Under the pieces are notes generated by a model. It made no database searches. It saw only the letters and a list, made by a program, of their open reading frames with translations, and was not told the origin of the DNA. This document shows positions 31,909 through 42,083 of a DNA stretch of 64,000 nucleotides, one piece after another; positions within the stretch are counted from its first letter, which is position 1; each line of letters begins with the position of its first letter. Source of the stretch: Polyangia bacterium (lineage in GTDB: Bacteria; Myxococcota_A; Polyangia; Polyangiales; JAUICN01); NCBI GenBank assembly GCA_030427835.1, contig JAUICN010000003.1, forward strand, positions 246,526-310,525, given 5' to 3'. A program made the position numbers and the translations under genes.

Positions 31909-32874
31909 GTGTTTCGCCACGGGTTTCGAAGGTTGTATTGCAGCGTCTCCCGTCACGTCTCCCGGGAGCTTGGCGTGGCCCTGGCGCTTGCTGCCGCCGC
32001 CCATGCCGTGGCCATCGGGCAGATCAACCCCCGAAAGGGCGACATCTCTACCCCGTTTAGACACGACCTCGCCCTGATACCCGAACCCCAAGACACCCGC
32101 TGGATGTCCCTCGAAGGGCCCAAGGAACGGGCCTACGCGAGCCAGAACACCCCCAGCCTGGCACCCCAGGACCACCCGAAGGACCCACCCGAACATCAGG
32201 GTGTTCTCAGGGGAGCACCCCGGGGCAATATCCACGCGCTCCGTTCATCCCTGCGCGCGCGGCTCCACCAACCCGGACCTCGCAACGTCTCCCGCTGGCC
32301 CCAAAAAGGCGTGTCAGGGGCCCACACCGTTCACACCGTCACCCCTCCCAGGGCGGCCCCCAACCCATCTCCCAGCCCACCCACTGTGCAACCCCCCAGT
32401 GGAAACGACCCCATCCACCTTCCTCCCGAAAACCCAACACAACCCCCACCCCCCCAACGAACGGCCCAGGCACTCCCCTCTTCCCTGCACATGGCACCCG
32501 CGCCCGCAGAAAGCTCGAGTGCCCATCCCCCTGGAACCCCCGAGGGCCTGAGTGACGTCAACCGCACCCACCCCAAATACCTACGTTGGTTCACCCAGGT
32601 TCAACGCTCCGTGGAACAACAGCTAACGTTTCCAAGGGCCCGTCGGTTGGCGCTGGACCAGGGCGCCGGGCTCCACACATTCGTTTTGGACCGCCGGGGA
32701 CGGCTGCAAGGCGCCCCGGTACTCCTGCGAACGAGCGGGTTTGCGGACTTCGATACCACTGCACGCCAGGCCATCGAACAGGCCGCCCCCTTTCCGCCCA
32801 TACCCAAGGGCATCGGAGCCCAACAGACCGTGCGTCTGGAGATGATCGTGGAACACGCCAACCCCATGATGTAA
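31909..32874 (+). CDS. TonB/TolA C-terminal domain protein
   Basis: N-terminal hydrophobic segment with His, Pro-rich linker, C-terminal RTSGFADFDTTARQAIEQAAPFPPIP. Confidence 0.78.
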   Translation: MFRHGFRRLYCSVSRHVSRELGVALALAAAAHAVAIGQINPRKGDISTPFRHDLALIPEPQDTRWMSLEGPKERAYASQNTPSLAPQDHPKDPPEHQGVLRGAPRGNIHALRSSLRARLHQPGPRNVSRWPQKGVSGAHTVHTVTPPRAAPNPSPSPPTVQPPSGNDPIHLPPENPTQPPPPQRTAQALPSSLHMAPAPAESSSAHPPGTPEGLSDVNRTHPKYLRWFTQVQRSVEQQLTFPRARRLALDQGAGLHTFVLDRRGRLQGAPVLLRTSGFADFDTTARQAIEQAAPFPPIPKGIGAQQTVRLEMIVEHANPMM

Positions 32875-32978
32875 TTCTGCTAATTATCTGCGCGGTAGAA
32901 TTCAAATTTCACACGAAGCCCACGAAAACCCAGGAAAAGCCCAAATCTCCTCGATCCACGCTGCGGGAACCATCAGGA

Positions 32979-35567
32979 CTACAGACGCGGCACGTCAGTC
33001 TCAAGGGCCCAAGGGCCCATGGACGTCCCCATGAGGTGCACGGCCCCGAGAGTGTGGACATCCACCTGCAGCCACTGGCGCAACCCGTTCACCAGGGTCC
33101 CTTCGGCCGATCCCCTCACTTCTCCACCCGTGCCGCCCAGCAATCGTCTTCCCACAACGCTCAAGCCCAACGCCGATCCAGACAGGGCCCCACCCAAAAG
33201 GGAATTCGACACCTGGGGAACCACCGTCACGGGCGAATCCATGGGAAGGTCGGCCAACTCACGCGCCCGATTCACCGCCGAAAGAAACCCACCCAGGCGG
33301 TCCACCAAACCGACCGATTGTGCCCTGTCACCTGACCACACGCGCCCACCACCCAGTTCGGCCACGTCCTGACGAGCCATGCCACGACCCTGCTCGATCC
33401 GCTGTAAAAACAAACCGTACAGAACGCGCATTTTGTCAGCCAACATGGCCCGTTCTTCCGGGGTAAACGCACGCCACCCCGATCGAACATCCGACCGTGG
33501 TGTGGTGCGCACGGTCTCCACCCCGAGGCCCATCTTTTCGGCAAGCCCACTCATCTCCAACTTGCCAAAGAAAATGCCAATGGAGCCCGTCACGGTGGAC
33601 GGCAGCGCCCAAATCTCCTGGGCCGCAGCCGCCACGTAGTAGCCACCACTTGCGGCCACCGCACCCATGGATGCCACCACGGGTTTCACCTTGCGCACCC
33701 GCATGACCGCCCTCCAAATTTGATCCGACGCCAACGCAGACCCCCCTGGGGAATCCACTCGGAGCACCACCGCCGACACCCAGGGATCCTTCTGTGCACG
33801 CTCCAGAGCTCGAACCACCGAATGGCTACCCGAGGTGTGAATCCCAAGCGCAGGACTGTCACGGCCCTCCCCGTCCTCAATCTGACCGTCCACCATCACC
33901 ACTTCTACCCTCGGGCGTGGCCCCCAATCCCAGGTGGAAACCCCCGGCACCCACGTCGTCACCTGGGCACGTTCCCCATGCACCTCCTGCACCTTCTCCG
34001 AGTACATTCGGCCATCCACGTAGTCGTCCACCAACCCCGCATCCATCGCTTCCACTGCAGTGAGAGGGCCCGTGGTCGCAAGTCCGTGCAGCACGCCCGC
34101 GGACAACGAACGATCCTCGGCCACATCCTGTATGAGTCGCCCATGCACGTCCCCAAGCAACACCTCCCGCTGCAAGCGAGAAGGGGCCGACGCCTGCCTG
34201 CGAGCCAGGGCCTCCGGCGCGGATTTAAAGTCCCCAATACGAACAAAATCAGCCCGTACACCCAATCGACCCAGGGTATCCCCAAACATCAATGACTGGC
34301 TGGCCGTGCCGTTCCAAAGCACACCCCCAGCCGGGTCCACCCACACCCCGCGGGCCCCCGCACAGGCGTAATACTCGGACTCGCCTGGCACTTCCAGTAC
34401 GCAGTACACGGCCTTTCCATCCCGTTCCATGGCCTGCACCCATTGGCGAATTTCCTGGGCGTGTGCCTTGCCAAACCCTGCCCCATCCGGGCGCAACACC
34501 ACGCCCGCCACCCCTGGGTGCCGTCGCATGGACTCCAGGTACATCAGGCGTTCCACCTGGCCACGCCCGCCACTCCCGGAAAGCGCAACCTCAAGCAACA
34601 CAGACGGGCTCTGATCGTCGCCAGCAACATAGTCGCCAGCAACACCGGTGGCGACATCTTCGGAAGTACGGCTCCCTTCCCGTTCCGGATCCAACTGCCC
34701 AGGCGTCACCCGCCATCGAGAGGACACGTCCACTGAGACAAACTCGGCCATGTGATCCAAGAACTCGCCACCCTCCGGGTGCGACACCCCGTAGGCGCCT
34801 CCCTGCACAGAGGCGTAGGGCATATCCCACCGCAACCCCAGGTAAGCCGCCCAACGGGTCACGCCCGAAAGATCGGTCCAGTCGCCTCCGGCCACCAGCA
34901 TGCCCCAGTCCGTGAGTGCAACCGCCACCCGCCCCCGGGCCACGAGCGCACCGGCACCCTCCACGCCCCCCACGGTTTCCAACATGCATCGCGCACAACC
35001 CCGGGGCCTCCAGGCCACACCACCCACAAAACGGGATTCAAACCCCTGCACGCCAAACCGCACGAGCGAAGAAACATCCTGGGCCGCCAAAAGAAACGCC
35101 CATTGATTGGACGGGCGAAGGGAGAGGGAAAAGTCCGCCGAGGTCCCTCGCAAACGCCCCGGGTCCACAATGCGATGCCGCCGCAGGGACAACCCCAGCC
35201 CCACCTGATCCGAAGGTGCCACACCAAAGGCCGTTTGAATCATGGCACGGCGCCCACCCACCACGTCCACATGGTCAAAGGACGCCCCAAACGCAAACCC
35301 AGATTCCGAAGCAAGCTGCAACCGCACCGCATCACCGGACACCACGGAAGGCAATTGACCGTCCACCCCGGAAACGTCGCCCACATGTTGGTACTGAAGA
35401 TGGGCACCGGAATCAAACCCCATGGCAGCGGGGTTGCTCTCCACCGCAGCGGCACCCAGTGGCACCACGGTCGACGCCTGGGGCCCATACACGCCACCGG
35501 TCTGTGGGCGTACCTGGGCCAAGGCCGGATCGCCCCCCAATAGGCACACAAACAGGCACACACGCAT
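32979..35567 (-). CDS. sppA: Signal peptide peptidase SppA (S49) with extra N-terminal beta-rich domain
   Basis: FKSAPE (Lys), LRVDSPGGS, AASGGYY (Ser), TGSIG, GRVWSG. Signal-like start at ATG 35567. Confidence 0.9.
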   Translation of the reverse strand: MRVCLFVCLLGGDPALAQVRPQTGGVYGPQASTVVPLGAAAVESNPAAMGFDSGAHLQYQHVGDVSGVDGQLPSVVSGDAVRLQLASESGFAFGASFDHVDVVGGRRAMIQTAFGVAPSDQVGLGLSLRRHRIVDPGRLRGTSADFSLSLRPSNQWAFLLAAQDVSSLVRFGVQGFESRFVGGVAWRPRGCARCMLETVGGVEGAGALVARGRVAVALTDWGMLVAGGDWTDLSGVTRWAAYLGLRWDMPYASVQGGAYGVSHPEGGEFLDHMAEFVSVDVSSRWRVTPGQLDPEREGSRTSEDVATGVAGDYVAGDDQSPSVLLEVALSGSGGRGQVERLMYLESMRRHPGVAGVVLRPDGAGFGKAHAQEIRQWVQAMERDGKAVYCVLEVPGESEYYACAGARGVWVDPAGGVLWNGTASQSLMFGDTLGRLGVRADFVRIGDFKSAPEALARRQASAPSRLQREVLLGDVHGRLIQDVAEDRSLSAGVLHGLATTGPLTAVEAMDAGLVDDYVDGRMYSEKVQEVHGERAQVTTWVPGVSTWDWGPRPRVEVVMVDGQIEDGEGRDSPALGIHTSGSHSVVRALERAQKDPWVSAVVLRVDSPGGSALASDQIWRAVMRVRKVKPVVASMGAVAASGGYYVAAAAQEIWALPSTVTGSIGIFFGKLEMSGLAEKMGLGVETVRTTPRSDVRSGWRAFTPEERAMLADKMRVLYGLFLQRIEQGRGMARQDVAELGGGRVWSGDRAQSVGLVDRLGGFLSAVNRARELADLPMDSPVTVVPQVSNSLLGGALSGSALGLSVVGRRLLGGTGGEVRGSAEGTLVNGLRQWLQVDVHTLGAVHLMGTSMGPWALETDVPRL

Positions 35568-35663
35568 GAGCACAGAGCCGACGGCGCCAACCGGCGTATT
35601 TAGATTCAAACCTTGCACCCAAACGGTGTAGCAGGGCGCCCCTAACAAACCACAGCGAATTCC

Positions 35664-37403
35664 CTACCGTCGAAAGATGTCAGGGATCTTCAGGTCACCA
35701 CTGCCCGGCAACCGCTCCCTGGAGGGTGCCGGTGCCCTACCATCACTCCCCGTGTCACGGGATCGGCCAGAAGCGGACGCAGAAGGCGTTCCCGCAGAAC
35801 GGGAGGGGCGCGACAAGTTCATTTCAATGGCCATGGCCTGATTGGGAATCAACTCACGCATGGCATGGGCCCGGCCCCGTTTGGCCGAAACTCGAATCAA
35901 CTTCCCAAGCTCCGAATCAAATGCACAGGGTGTGGGCTCGCACACCACACCCCGGCCCTCCACCGAAACCGAGGCACCCCGGGGCTGGGTATCCACCTGG
36001 AGCGACACCTTCGGCGTGAGCTCAGAACCATCATCGGTGGGCCCTTCGTCCGATTCCTCTGCCACAGCCCCCTTGGACGCAGTGGCCTCTCCAGATTCTT
36101 CAGTTTCTTCATCGGGACTCTGGGCCCCCACACCTGCAGGTCCTGACTCGCTTCTTGATTCACGACTCGAACCATCGCCCTCCACGGATGCCACCCGAGT
36201 TCCACCCGCCATCAGTTGCCAACCGACAATGCCGGCCCCCAACAACAGCACCGCAAGCGCACCCATCCAAACCGTGCGCTTACCCTTCCCACCGGCTGAA
36301 TCCCGGGTCGGGAACTCCCCTGAATCCACCGTCTCCGCTTCCATCAGCCGGGGACCACGTTTCAAGGCCTTCACCGGCTCCCCGTACCCAATGACCGTAC
36401 TGTCACCCATGTGGAAGGAACCCGTGAGGTCCATGGCCATGGAAATGGCTTGGGCCATATCTTCCATACTCTCGAAACGTTCGTCCGGATCCTTCGAAAG
36501 CCCCCGTTGGATCACATCTTCCAACTCCGCCGGGCAATCCACGTCCGCGTTCAACTCCACCAGCGACGGAGGCACATTGAACATATGCTGGGTGAGAATC
36601 CCCATGAACGTATCACCCACGAACGGAACACGACCGCAAAGCATCTCAAACAGGATCACCGCACAGGCGTACACGTCCACCCGGTGGTCCAACTCCTTAC
36701 CGGCAGCCTGTTCCGGAGACATGTATTCGGGCGTTCCAAAAATCATGCCCGTCTTGGTCAGCTTGCGCCCGTCCCCGGTGCCGTCCTCATCGCTCATCTT
36801 GGCGATCCCAAAATCCACGATCTTCACAAAGTCATCCTGATCGCCACGGCTTACCAGAAAGACATTCTCAGGCTTCATATCCCGGTGCACGATCCCCTTG
36901 GCGTGGGCCGCGCCCAGTGCCCTGCAACACTGGAGCAACAACGACACCGCACGGCGGCTATCCAGGGTCTTCTCCCGGGACAGCAAACCGGCCAAATCCT
37001 CCCCCTCCAAAAACTCCATCACAAAGTAGCTCTGGCCGGTGGGGGTTTCCCCAAAGTCAGAAATGTCCACAATGTGTTCGTGACCAATACGGGAGGCACT
37101 CTTGGCCTCCTGCCGAAACCGTGCGACCACCTCCGGCCGGTTGGAAAAATCGTCACGCAACACCTTCAGCGCCACGCGTTTTTCAATCACCACATGGAGA
37201 GCTTCGTACACAATGCCCATGCCACCTTCACCGATCTTGCCGATGATACGGTAGCGATCCCCCAGCGTTAGACCCACCAACGGGTCGCCTGGCGCGGGCG
37301 CATCCGTAGACATCTGGGACAGACTGCTAAGTCGGGACCCATCAAGCGGGCAAAAGGTTTCCGAGCCGGAATAATCGGCCTTACACGTGGGGCAGGCCTT
37401 CAT
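35664..37403 (-). CDS. Hanks-type Ser/Thr protein kinase with N-terminal Cys knuckle, TM and PEGA-like domain
   Basis: GEGGMG, VALK, HRDMKPEN, DFG, GTPEYMSPE; N-terminal CPTC...FCPLDG. Confidence 0.95.
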   Translation of the reverse strand: MKACPTCKADYSGSETFCPLDGSRLSSLSQMSTDAPAPGDPLVGLTLGDRYRIIGKIGEGGMGIVYEALHVVIEKRVALKVLRDDFSNRPEVVARFRQEAKSASRIGHEHIVDISDFGETPTGQSYFVMEFLEGEDLAGLLSREKTLDSRRAVSLLLQCCRALGAAHAKGIVHRDMKPENVFLVSRGDQDDFVKIVDFGIAKMSDEDGTGDGRKLTKTGMIFGTPEYMSPEQAAGKELDHRVDVYACAVILFEMLCGRVPFVGDTFMGILTQHMFNVPPSLVELNADVDCPAELEDVIQRGLSKDPDERFESMEDMAQAISMAMDLTGSFHMGDSTVIGYGEPVKALKRGPRLMEAETVDSGEFPTRDSAGGKGKRTVWMGALAVLLLGAGIVGWQLMAGGTRVASVEGDGSSRESRSESGPAGVGAQSPDEETEESGEATASKGAVAEESDEGPTDDGSELTPKVSLQVDTQPRGASVSVEGRGVVCEPTPCAFDSELGKLIRVSAKRGRAHAMRELIPNQAMAIEMNLSRPSRSAGTPSASASGRSRDTGSDGRAPAPSRERLPGSGDLKIPDIFRR

Positions 37404-37549
37404 GGAGCAACAATCATTAGGGTCTCCTACACTATCACCCCGGCGATTCATGGGTCAACGAATCCAACACCCCCACAAACCCGCGTAAAACTGGGATTCT
37501 TAGCCACCATTCTTTGACATCAGCGCCCAAGGGCCAATACCTCTACCCC

Positions 37550-39328
37550 ATGGGCCATATCCGACAGCTGGAGGATCACCTCGTCGATCAAATCGCCGCG
37601 GGTGAAGTCATCGAACGCCCTGCGAGCGTCATCAAGGAACTGCTCGAAAATGCTGTGGATGCCGGAGCCACGGAAATCCACATCGACATCCACGGGGCGG
37701 GGCTCGAACGCATCCGCGTCACCGACAACGGCCAGGGCATGGACCCGGACGACGCAAACCTCTGCCTACAACGGCACGCCACAAGCAAACTTCGTCACAT
37801 CGAGGATCTGGACCGCATGGAAACCCTGGGCTTCCGGGGAGAGGCCCTGCCCTCCATCGCCTCCATCAGTCAACTCACCCTGCAGACTCGCCCCCACGAC
37901 CGCCCTGAAGGCGTGCAAATGCACCAGGGGGGGCACTCCCAGCCCTTTGGCATGGCGCCGGGCACCACCATTGAGGTGAGTGACCTCTTTCACAACGTGC
38001 CCGCCCGCCGAAAGTTCCTGAAATCCCGATCCACCGAAGTGGGCCATATCAACGACGAATGCCTGCGCCTCGCCCTGGCCCATCCCCGCATTCGGGTGTC
38101 CTGGCGGCATGACGACAAGCGGCCCACCACCTTGCCGCCAGCAGGGTCCGTACGCGAACGTACCCAGATGGCCCTCAATAGCCCGCCACTCCTGCACGTA
38201 GATCACACCGAACGGGGCATCCGGGTTCTTGCGGCCCTTTCCCAACCGGATGACAGCCGCGGCGCCGCCAACCAACTGTACCTGTACGTGAACGGAAGGG
38301 CCGTTCGGGATCGCGCCCTGGCCCAGGCCGTGTGCCTTGGCTACCAACCCCTGCTCCCCCAGGGCCGCTACCCACGGGGCGTGGTGCACCTGGAACTCAA
38401 CCCAGACGAACTCGACGTCAACGTACACCCACGAAAAACCCTGGTGCGATTCGCCCGCCCGCGGGAGGTTTCCAACGCCATTCGCGCCGGCGTCCATCAA
38501 GCCCTACGAGCGACAGGGCAAAACAATCTGCCCCCAAACGAACAGGACCCTTCGTTCAAAAAACGATCGGACCGCCCGTCCATACGCTACCCCCTTCCCC
38601 CGGGATCCCTGTTCTCACCAGACGCCAATACCCTTGCCGCACCCCGGCTGCCCACGGCCCTAGGGGTTGGGGGCCCACCCGAAGCACGGCACAGCCAGGC
38701 ACGGGAAGAAACTCCCCCCTCCTACGGGGCCACACATTCCCCGTCGCCCGTTCAGCTCCTGGGCCAATCCACCCACGGCCACCTCATGTACCAAACCCCC
38801 ACCCACGTGCGTGTGGTGGACCTGCCCGCCTGCCGTGCTGTTCTGCTGCATCGGGAGTTGACCCTATCCCACGAAGGCCGTCCCATGGCCCCCAAAGAAC
38901 TCGTATTTCCGGTTCGCCTGGAACTCAACAACAGGCGACCCTGGCTTGAGTACACCCTGCACCCCTCCGTGGCATCCCTGGGAATCGCCCTGAGTGATCT
39001 TGGTGGGGGAGCGTCCGTCCTACGTACCATTCCGGAGCCTCTCCCACGATCCCTCGCTCCCCTGCTCGGTGAAGTCCTCGCTGCGGCCACCACACACAAC
39101 GTCAAAGACGGCCCGTCCTTGCGCACCGCCCTGCTGCAGGAACTGGAGCATGCCCTTCCCCAGGCCTACCGCCACGACCTACCCCGCCCGCACACCACCA
39201 CGACAGCAGCCCTAGGAGAAACACCCTCCCTGGCGCAACACATCGAACAGATAGAAACCGCACTCACGAACGGACTGGACTTGCAGCAAGCCCTGTTGCT
39301 GAACTGGTCCTCGGAACTGGCCCATTGA
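37550..39328 (+). CDS. mutL: DNA mismatch repair protein MutL with divergent C-terminal domain
   Basis: QIAAGEVIERPASVIKELLEN, DNGQG, HATSK, LGFRGEAL, DVNVHP; upstream of miaA. Confidence 0.95.
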   Translation: MGHIRQLEDHLVDQIAAGEVIERPASVIKELLENAVDAGATEIHIDIHGAGLERIRVTDNGQGMDPDDANLCLQRHATSKLRHIEDLDRMETLGFRGEALPSIASISQLTLQTRPHDRPEGVQMHQGGHSQPFGMAPGTTIEVSDLFHNVPARRKFLKSRSTEVGHINDECLRLALAHPRIRVSWRHDDKRPTTLPPAGSVRERTQMALNSPPLLHVDHTERGIRVLAALSQPDDSRGAANQLYLYVNGRAVRDRALAQAVCLGYQPLLPQGRYPRGVVHLELNPDELDVNVHPRKTLVRFARPREVSNAIRAGVHQALRATGQNNLPPNEQDPSFKKRSDRPSIRYPLPPGSLFSPDANTLAAPRLPTALGVGGPPEARHSQAREETPPSYGATHSPSPVQLLGQSTHGHLMYQTPTHVRVVDLPACRAVLLHRELTLSHEGRPMAPKELVFPVRLELNNRRPWLEYTLHPSVASLGIALSDLGGGASVLRTIPEPLPRSLAPLLGEVLAAATTHNVKDGPSLRTALLQELEHALPQAYRHDLPRPHTTTTAALGETPSLAQHIEQIETALTNGLDLQQALLLNWSSELAH

Positions 39329-40381
39329 GTGCCCCGCCTACCGCTCATCGTCATCACCGGGCCCACCGGTTCCGGCAAATCCCAACTGGCCTACGACCTC
39401 GCCCGCGCGACCAGGGCGCGATCCCCACAGAACGGCAACGCTCCCGTTGAAATCATCGGTGCGGACAGCATCCAAATCTACAAACACCTGGACGTGGGCT
39501 CGGCCAAACCCTCCCTAGAAGAACGTCAGGAGTTCCCCCACCACTGGGTCGACGTGCTCGAACCCACCGAAAGCTGGAGTGCGCCTCAATATGCGGCCGG
39601 TGTGGATCAAACCCTCCAGGAAATGCAACGCGGCGCTAGGGAAAGTCACCCCACGGTTCCCATTGTGGTTGGAGGGTCCGGCCTCTGGTTGCGAGCCCTG
39701 CTTCGCGGTCTTCTTCCACTGCCAGAAATCGACCCCACCCTACGGCAGGAGTTGGAAGCTCGCGTCCAAGCCCAGGGGAGTGAAACCCTACACCGGGAGC
39801 TGCAACAAAGGGACCCAGACTCCGCCAGGGCCATTCACGCCAACGACAGTTTGCGCATCGTGCGGGCCCTGGAAATTCTCCATGCAACCGGCACGCCCGC
39901 AAGCGTGCTCCGTGCGCAACATGCCCTCGGCCAACCACGGTACGCAGCCCAGATCGTGGTGGTATCGCCTCCCTGGAACACCCTGCGCAACTCCATTGCA
40001 CAACGGGTCGACCGAATGCTGGCCCAGGGATGGGTGCAGGAAATCCAGCACCTCGTGGAACGCTTTGGGCATGAGATACCGCCCCTCAAGAGCGTCGGGT
40101 ACAGGCAGTTGCTTCCCCACGTTCTGGCGCAGGAACCCCTGGACACCTGCCGCACCGCCGCCATCAAAGCCACCCAGACCTACGCCAAACAACAACGGAA
40201 TTGGTGGCGCGAAGACAACACCGTCACCCATCGCTACGATCCCAGCCGTGGATGGCCTGCCCACCCTGCGCCCGAAGAAAACCCTGCTCCCGCTGAAAAC
40301 CCCGCAACCCCACTCATCGACTCCCTACTGAAGCAACACACGACCCTATCGGCGATTCCCCTCCCTCAATCGATCCCGTAG
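39329..40381 (+). CDS. miaA: tRNA dimethylallyltransferase
   Basis: GPTGSGKS, DSIQIYK, GSAKP, VGGSGLW, RIVRALE, YAKQQ. Confidence 0.96.
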   Translation: MPRLPLIVITGPTGSGKSQLAYDLARATRARSPQNGNAPVEIIGADSIQIYKHLDVGSAKPSLEERQEFPHHWVDVLEPTESWSAPQYAAGVDQTLQEMQRGARESHPTVPIVVGGSGLWLRALLRGLLPLPEIDPTLRQELEARVQAQGSETLHRELQQRDPDSARAIHANDSLRIVRALEILHATGTPASVLRAQHALGQPRYAAQIVVVSPPWNTLRNSIAQRVDRMLAQGWVQEIQHLVERFGHEIPPLKSVGYRQLLPHVLAQEPLDTCRTAAIKATQTYAKQQRNWWREDNTVTHRYDPSRGWPAHPAPEENPAPAENPATPLIDSLLKQHTTLSAIPLPQSIP

Positions 40382-41953
40382 GGTCGTCCTTGCCATCCCA
40401 AGCGACCGTGCCGCCGCCGACATGTTGCCATCGTGCCTTTCCAGCACCGCCCTCAGATAGACGGGATCGTCCCTGCCCTCCACTCCCACATGCTTTCCAG
40501 AAAGCATGGCCATGGCGTCCCGGGTCTCCGCCTCCCCCAGGCAGGGCCCCGCAGATCGCGCCGCCGCCAACCACACCACGTTGCGCAGCTCCCGAACGTT
40601 GCCAGGCCACGTATGTCCCTTAAGTAACGTCAGCACGTTCTCTTCCGCCCTCTTGCGACCCACCTCTTCCTGGGCATCCTGAAGAAAACGGCTCACCAGG
40701 GGCTCGATCTCCTCGGGGCGTTCGCGCAGCGGCGGCAGGGTCAACACAAGCCGAGCCAACCGGTAGTAGAGATCTTGCCGAAACTTTCCTTCCGCCACCA
40801 AACGGCGCAGATCTCGATGGGTCGCGCAGACAAGTTTCACCCGAACCGTACGGTCCACTTCCGATCCCACCCTACGGACCTGCCAGGTCTCAAGCACACG
40901 CAAGAGGCGGCTTTGCAAGTCCATGGGCAGCTCGCCAATCTCATCAAGAAAAAGCGTACCCCCGTCCGCCTGCTCAAACACCCCACGCCGGGCCTGGGCG
41001 GCACCCGTAAACGCGCCCTTTTCATGACCAAACAGTTCGCTCTCGATCAACGTCGCAGGCATGCCACCCGCGTTCACCGCCACGAACGGAGCCTGAACTC
41101 CGCGACCCGATCCCTGCTGCAACCCGGGTTGCTGAGCTTTCTGACCCCGACGATGAATTTCCCTGGCCACCACCTCCTTGCCCGTACCGCTCTCCCCCAA
41201 AAGCAACAGGGGCCAACTCAGACGAGCATATCGATCCATCCACCCGGACACCGTCACCATGGCCGGGGAAACAAATACGGGACCCAACACCGTTTCCCCC
41301 GCCCCATGACCGTCGCCCGACCCTCCCGATCGGTCCACCCGTTGCACCCGCAGGGTGGTGCGCCCCACGGCAATACGTGTGCCGTCCGACACCCGAGCCC
41401 GTTGAACCTGCAGCCCATCCACCCAGGTGCCGTTGCGACTGTTCAAATCACGTACAAAAAGACCCGCCGACGTGGGCTCAAAACGACAGTGTTCCCCACT
41501 GACAGACCGATCCGCCAGTACCAGTTCATTGTGTGTAGCACTCCCCACACGGGCCGGCGCCTGCTCCAACCGTAGGCGCCGGGCATCGGGCCCATCCCCC
41601 ACCCACACCACGTAGCGTTCCGAATTTCCCTGGATACCACCCGGATCCAGCCCCTCCGTGTGGGGCTCCTCCCGGGTCCGGCTCTCCCGCACAAAATGCA
41701 TTCCATTGCCAAGGGGCACCGAAACTCCGTAGGGCACCGGCACCTCCCTCAACCGCCCCGGTTGGGATACCGGAAATCCCACAAGAGACCCCCGACAAGG
41801 TCGAAGAAACCAGGCCCGGTCCACCCCAAGGGAAGCAGGAAGCACCAAATCGCACCCCGCCACACGGCCAAGCTCAAGCCCGGTCGCCCCCACAGGGTAC
41901 TCGCCCAACACCTCCGCCCTTCGGCGGATCACCAACACGTCGTAGTTTGTCAT
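40346..41953 (-). CDS. Sigma-54-dependent enhancer-binding protein with FHA domain(s)
   Basis: FHA (VSGEH, DLNSRNGT), GESGTGKE, GAFTGA, FLDEIGE, WPGNVREL, C-terminal Fis-type HTH. Confidence 0.95.
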   Translation of the reverse strand: MTNYDVLVIRRRAEVLGEYPVGATGLELGRVAGCDLVLPASLGVDRAWFLRPCRGSLVGFPVSQPGRLREVPVPYGVSVPLGNGMHFVRESRTREEPHTEGLDPGGIQGNSERYVVWVGDGPDARRLRLEQAPARVGSATHNELVLADRSVSGEHCRFEPTSAGLFVRDLNSRNGTWVDGLQVQRARVSDGTRIAVGRTTLRVQRVDRSGGSGDGHGAGETVLGPVFVSPAMVTVSGWMDRYARLSWPLLLLGESGTGKEVVAREIHRRGQKAQQPGLQQGSGRGVQAPFVAVNAGGMPATLIESELFGHEKGAFTGAAQARRGVFEQADGGTLFLDEIGELPMDLQSRLLRVLETWQVRRVGSEVDRTVRVKLVCATHRDLRRLVAEGKFRQDLYYRLARLVLTLPPLRERPEEIEPLVSRFLQDAQEEVGRKRAEENVLTLLKGHTWPGNVRELRNVVWLAAARSAGPCLGEAETRDAMAMLSGKHVGVEGRDDPVYLRAVLERHDGNMSAAARSLGMARTTLRDRLREGNRR

Positions 41954-42034
41954 CGTCCGGTTATCGGACAGACACCCTCCCAGTTGCGTCCCATTTGCAG
42001 TTGCGTGGTTAGGGTTACTGACTAGGGTGCGACC

Positions 42035-42076
42035 GGACCCAGCGGAGGACCCAGCGGAGAACCCAGCGGAGAACCC
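42035..42076. repeat. 12-bp tandem repeat (3.5 copies) just upstream of the gcvT ATG
   Basis: ggacccagcgga ggacccagcgga gaacccagcgga gaaccc. Confidence 0.85.
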
Positions 42077-42083
42077 CTATTCC

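Noticed and set aside
40346-40381. 36-bp convergent overlap of miaA and the sigma-54 activator
   Set aside because: It is explained by a low-complexity C-terminal extension of MiaA; no evidence of function.
41954-42083. Glycine riboswitch upstream of gcvT
   Set aside because: The 130-bp gap has a 12-bp tandem repeat and no aptamer core motifs.
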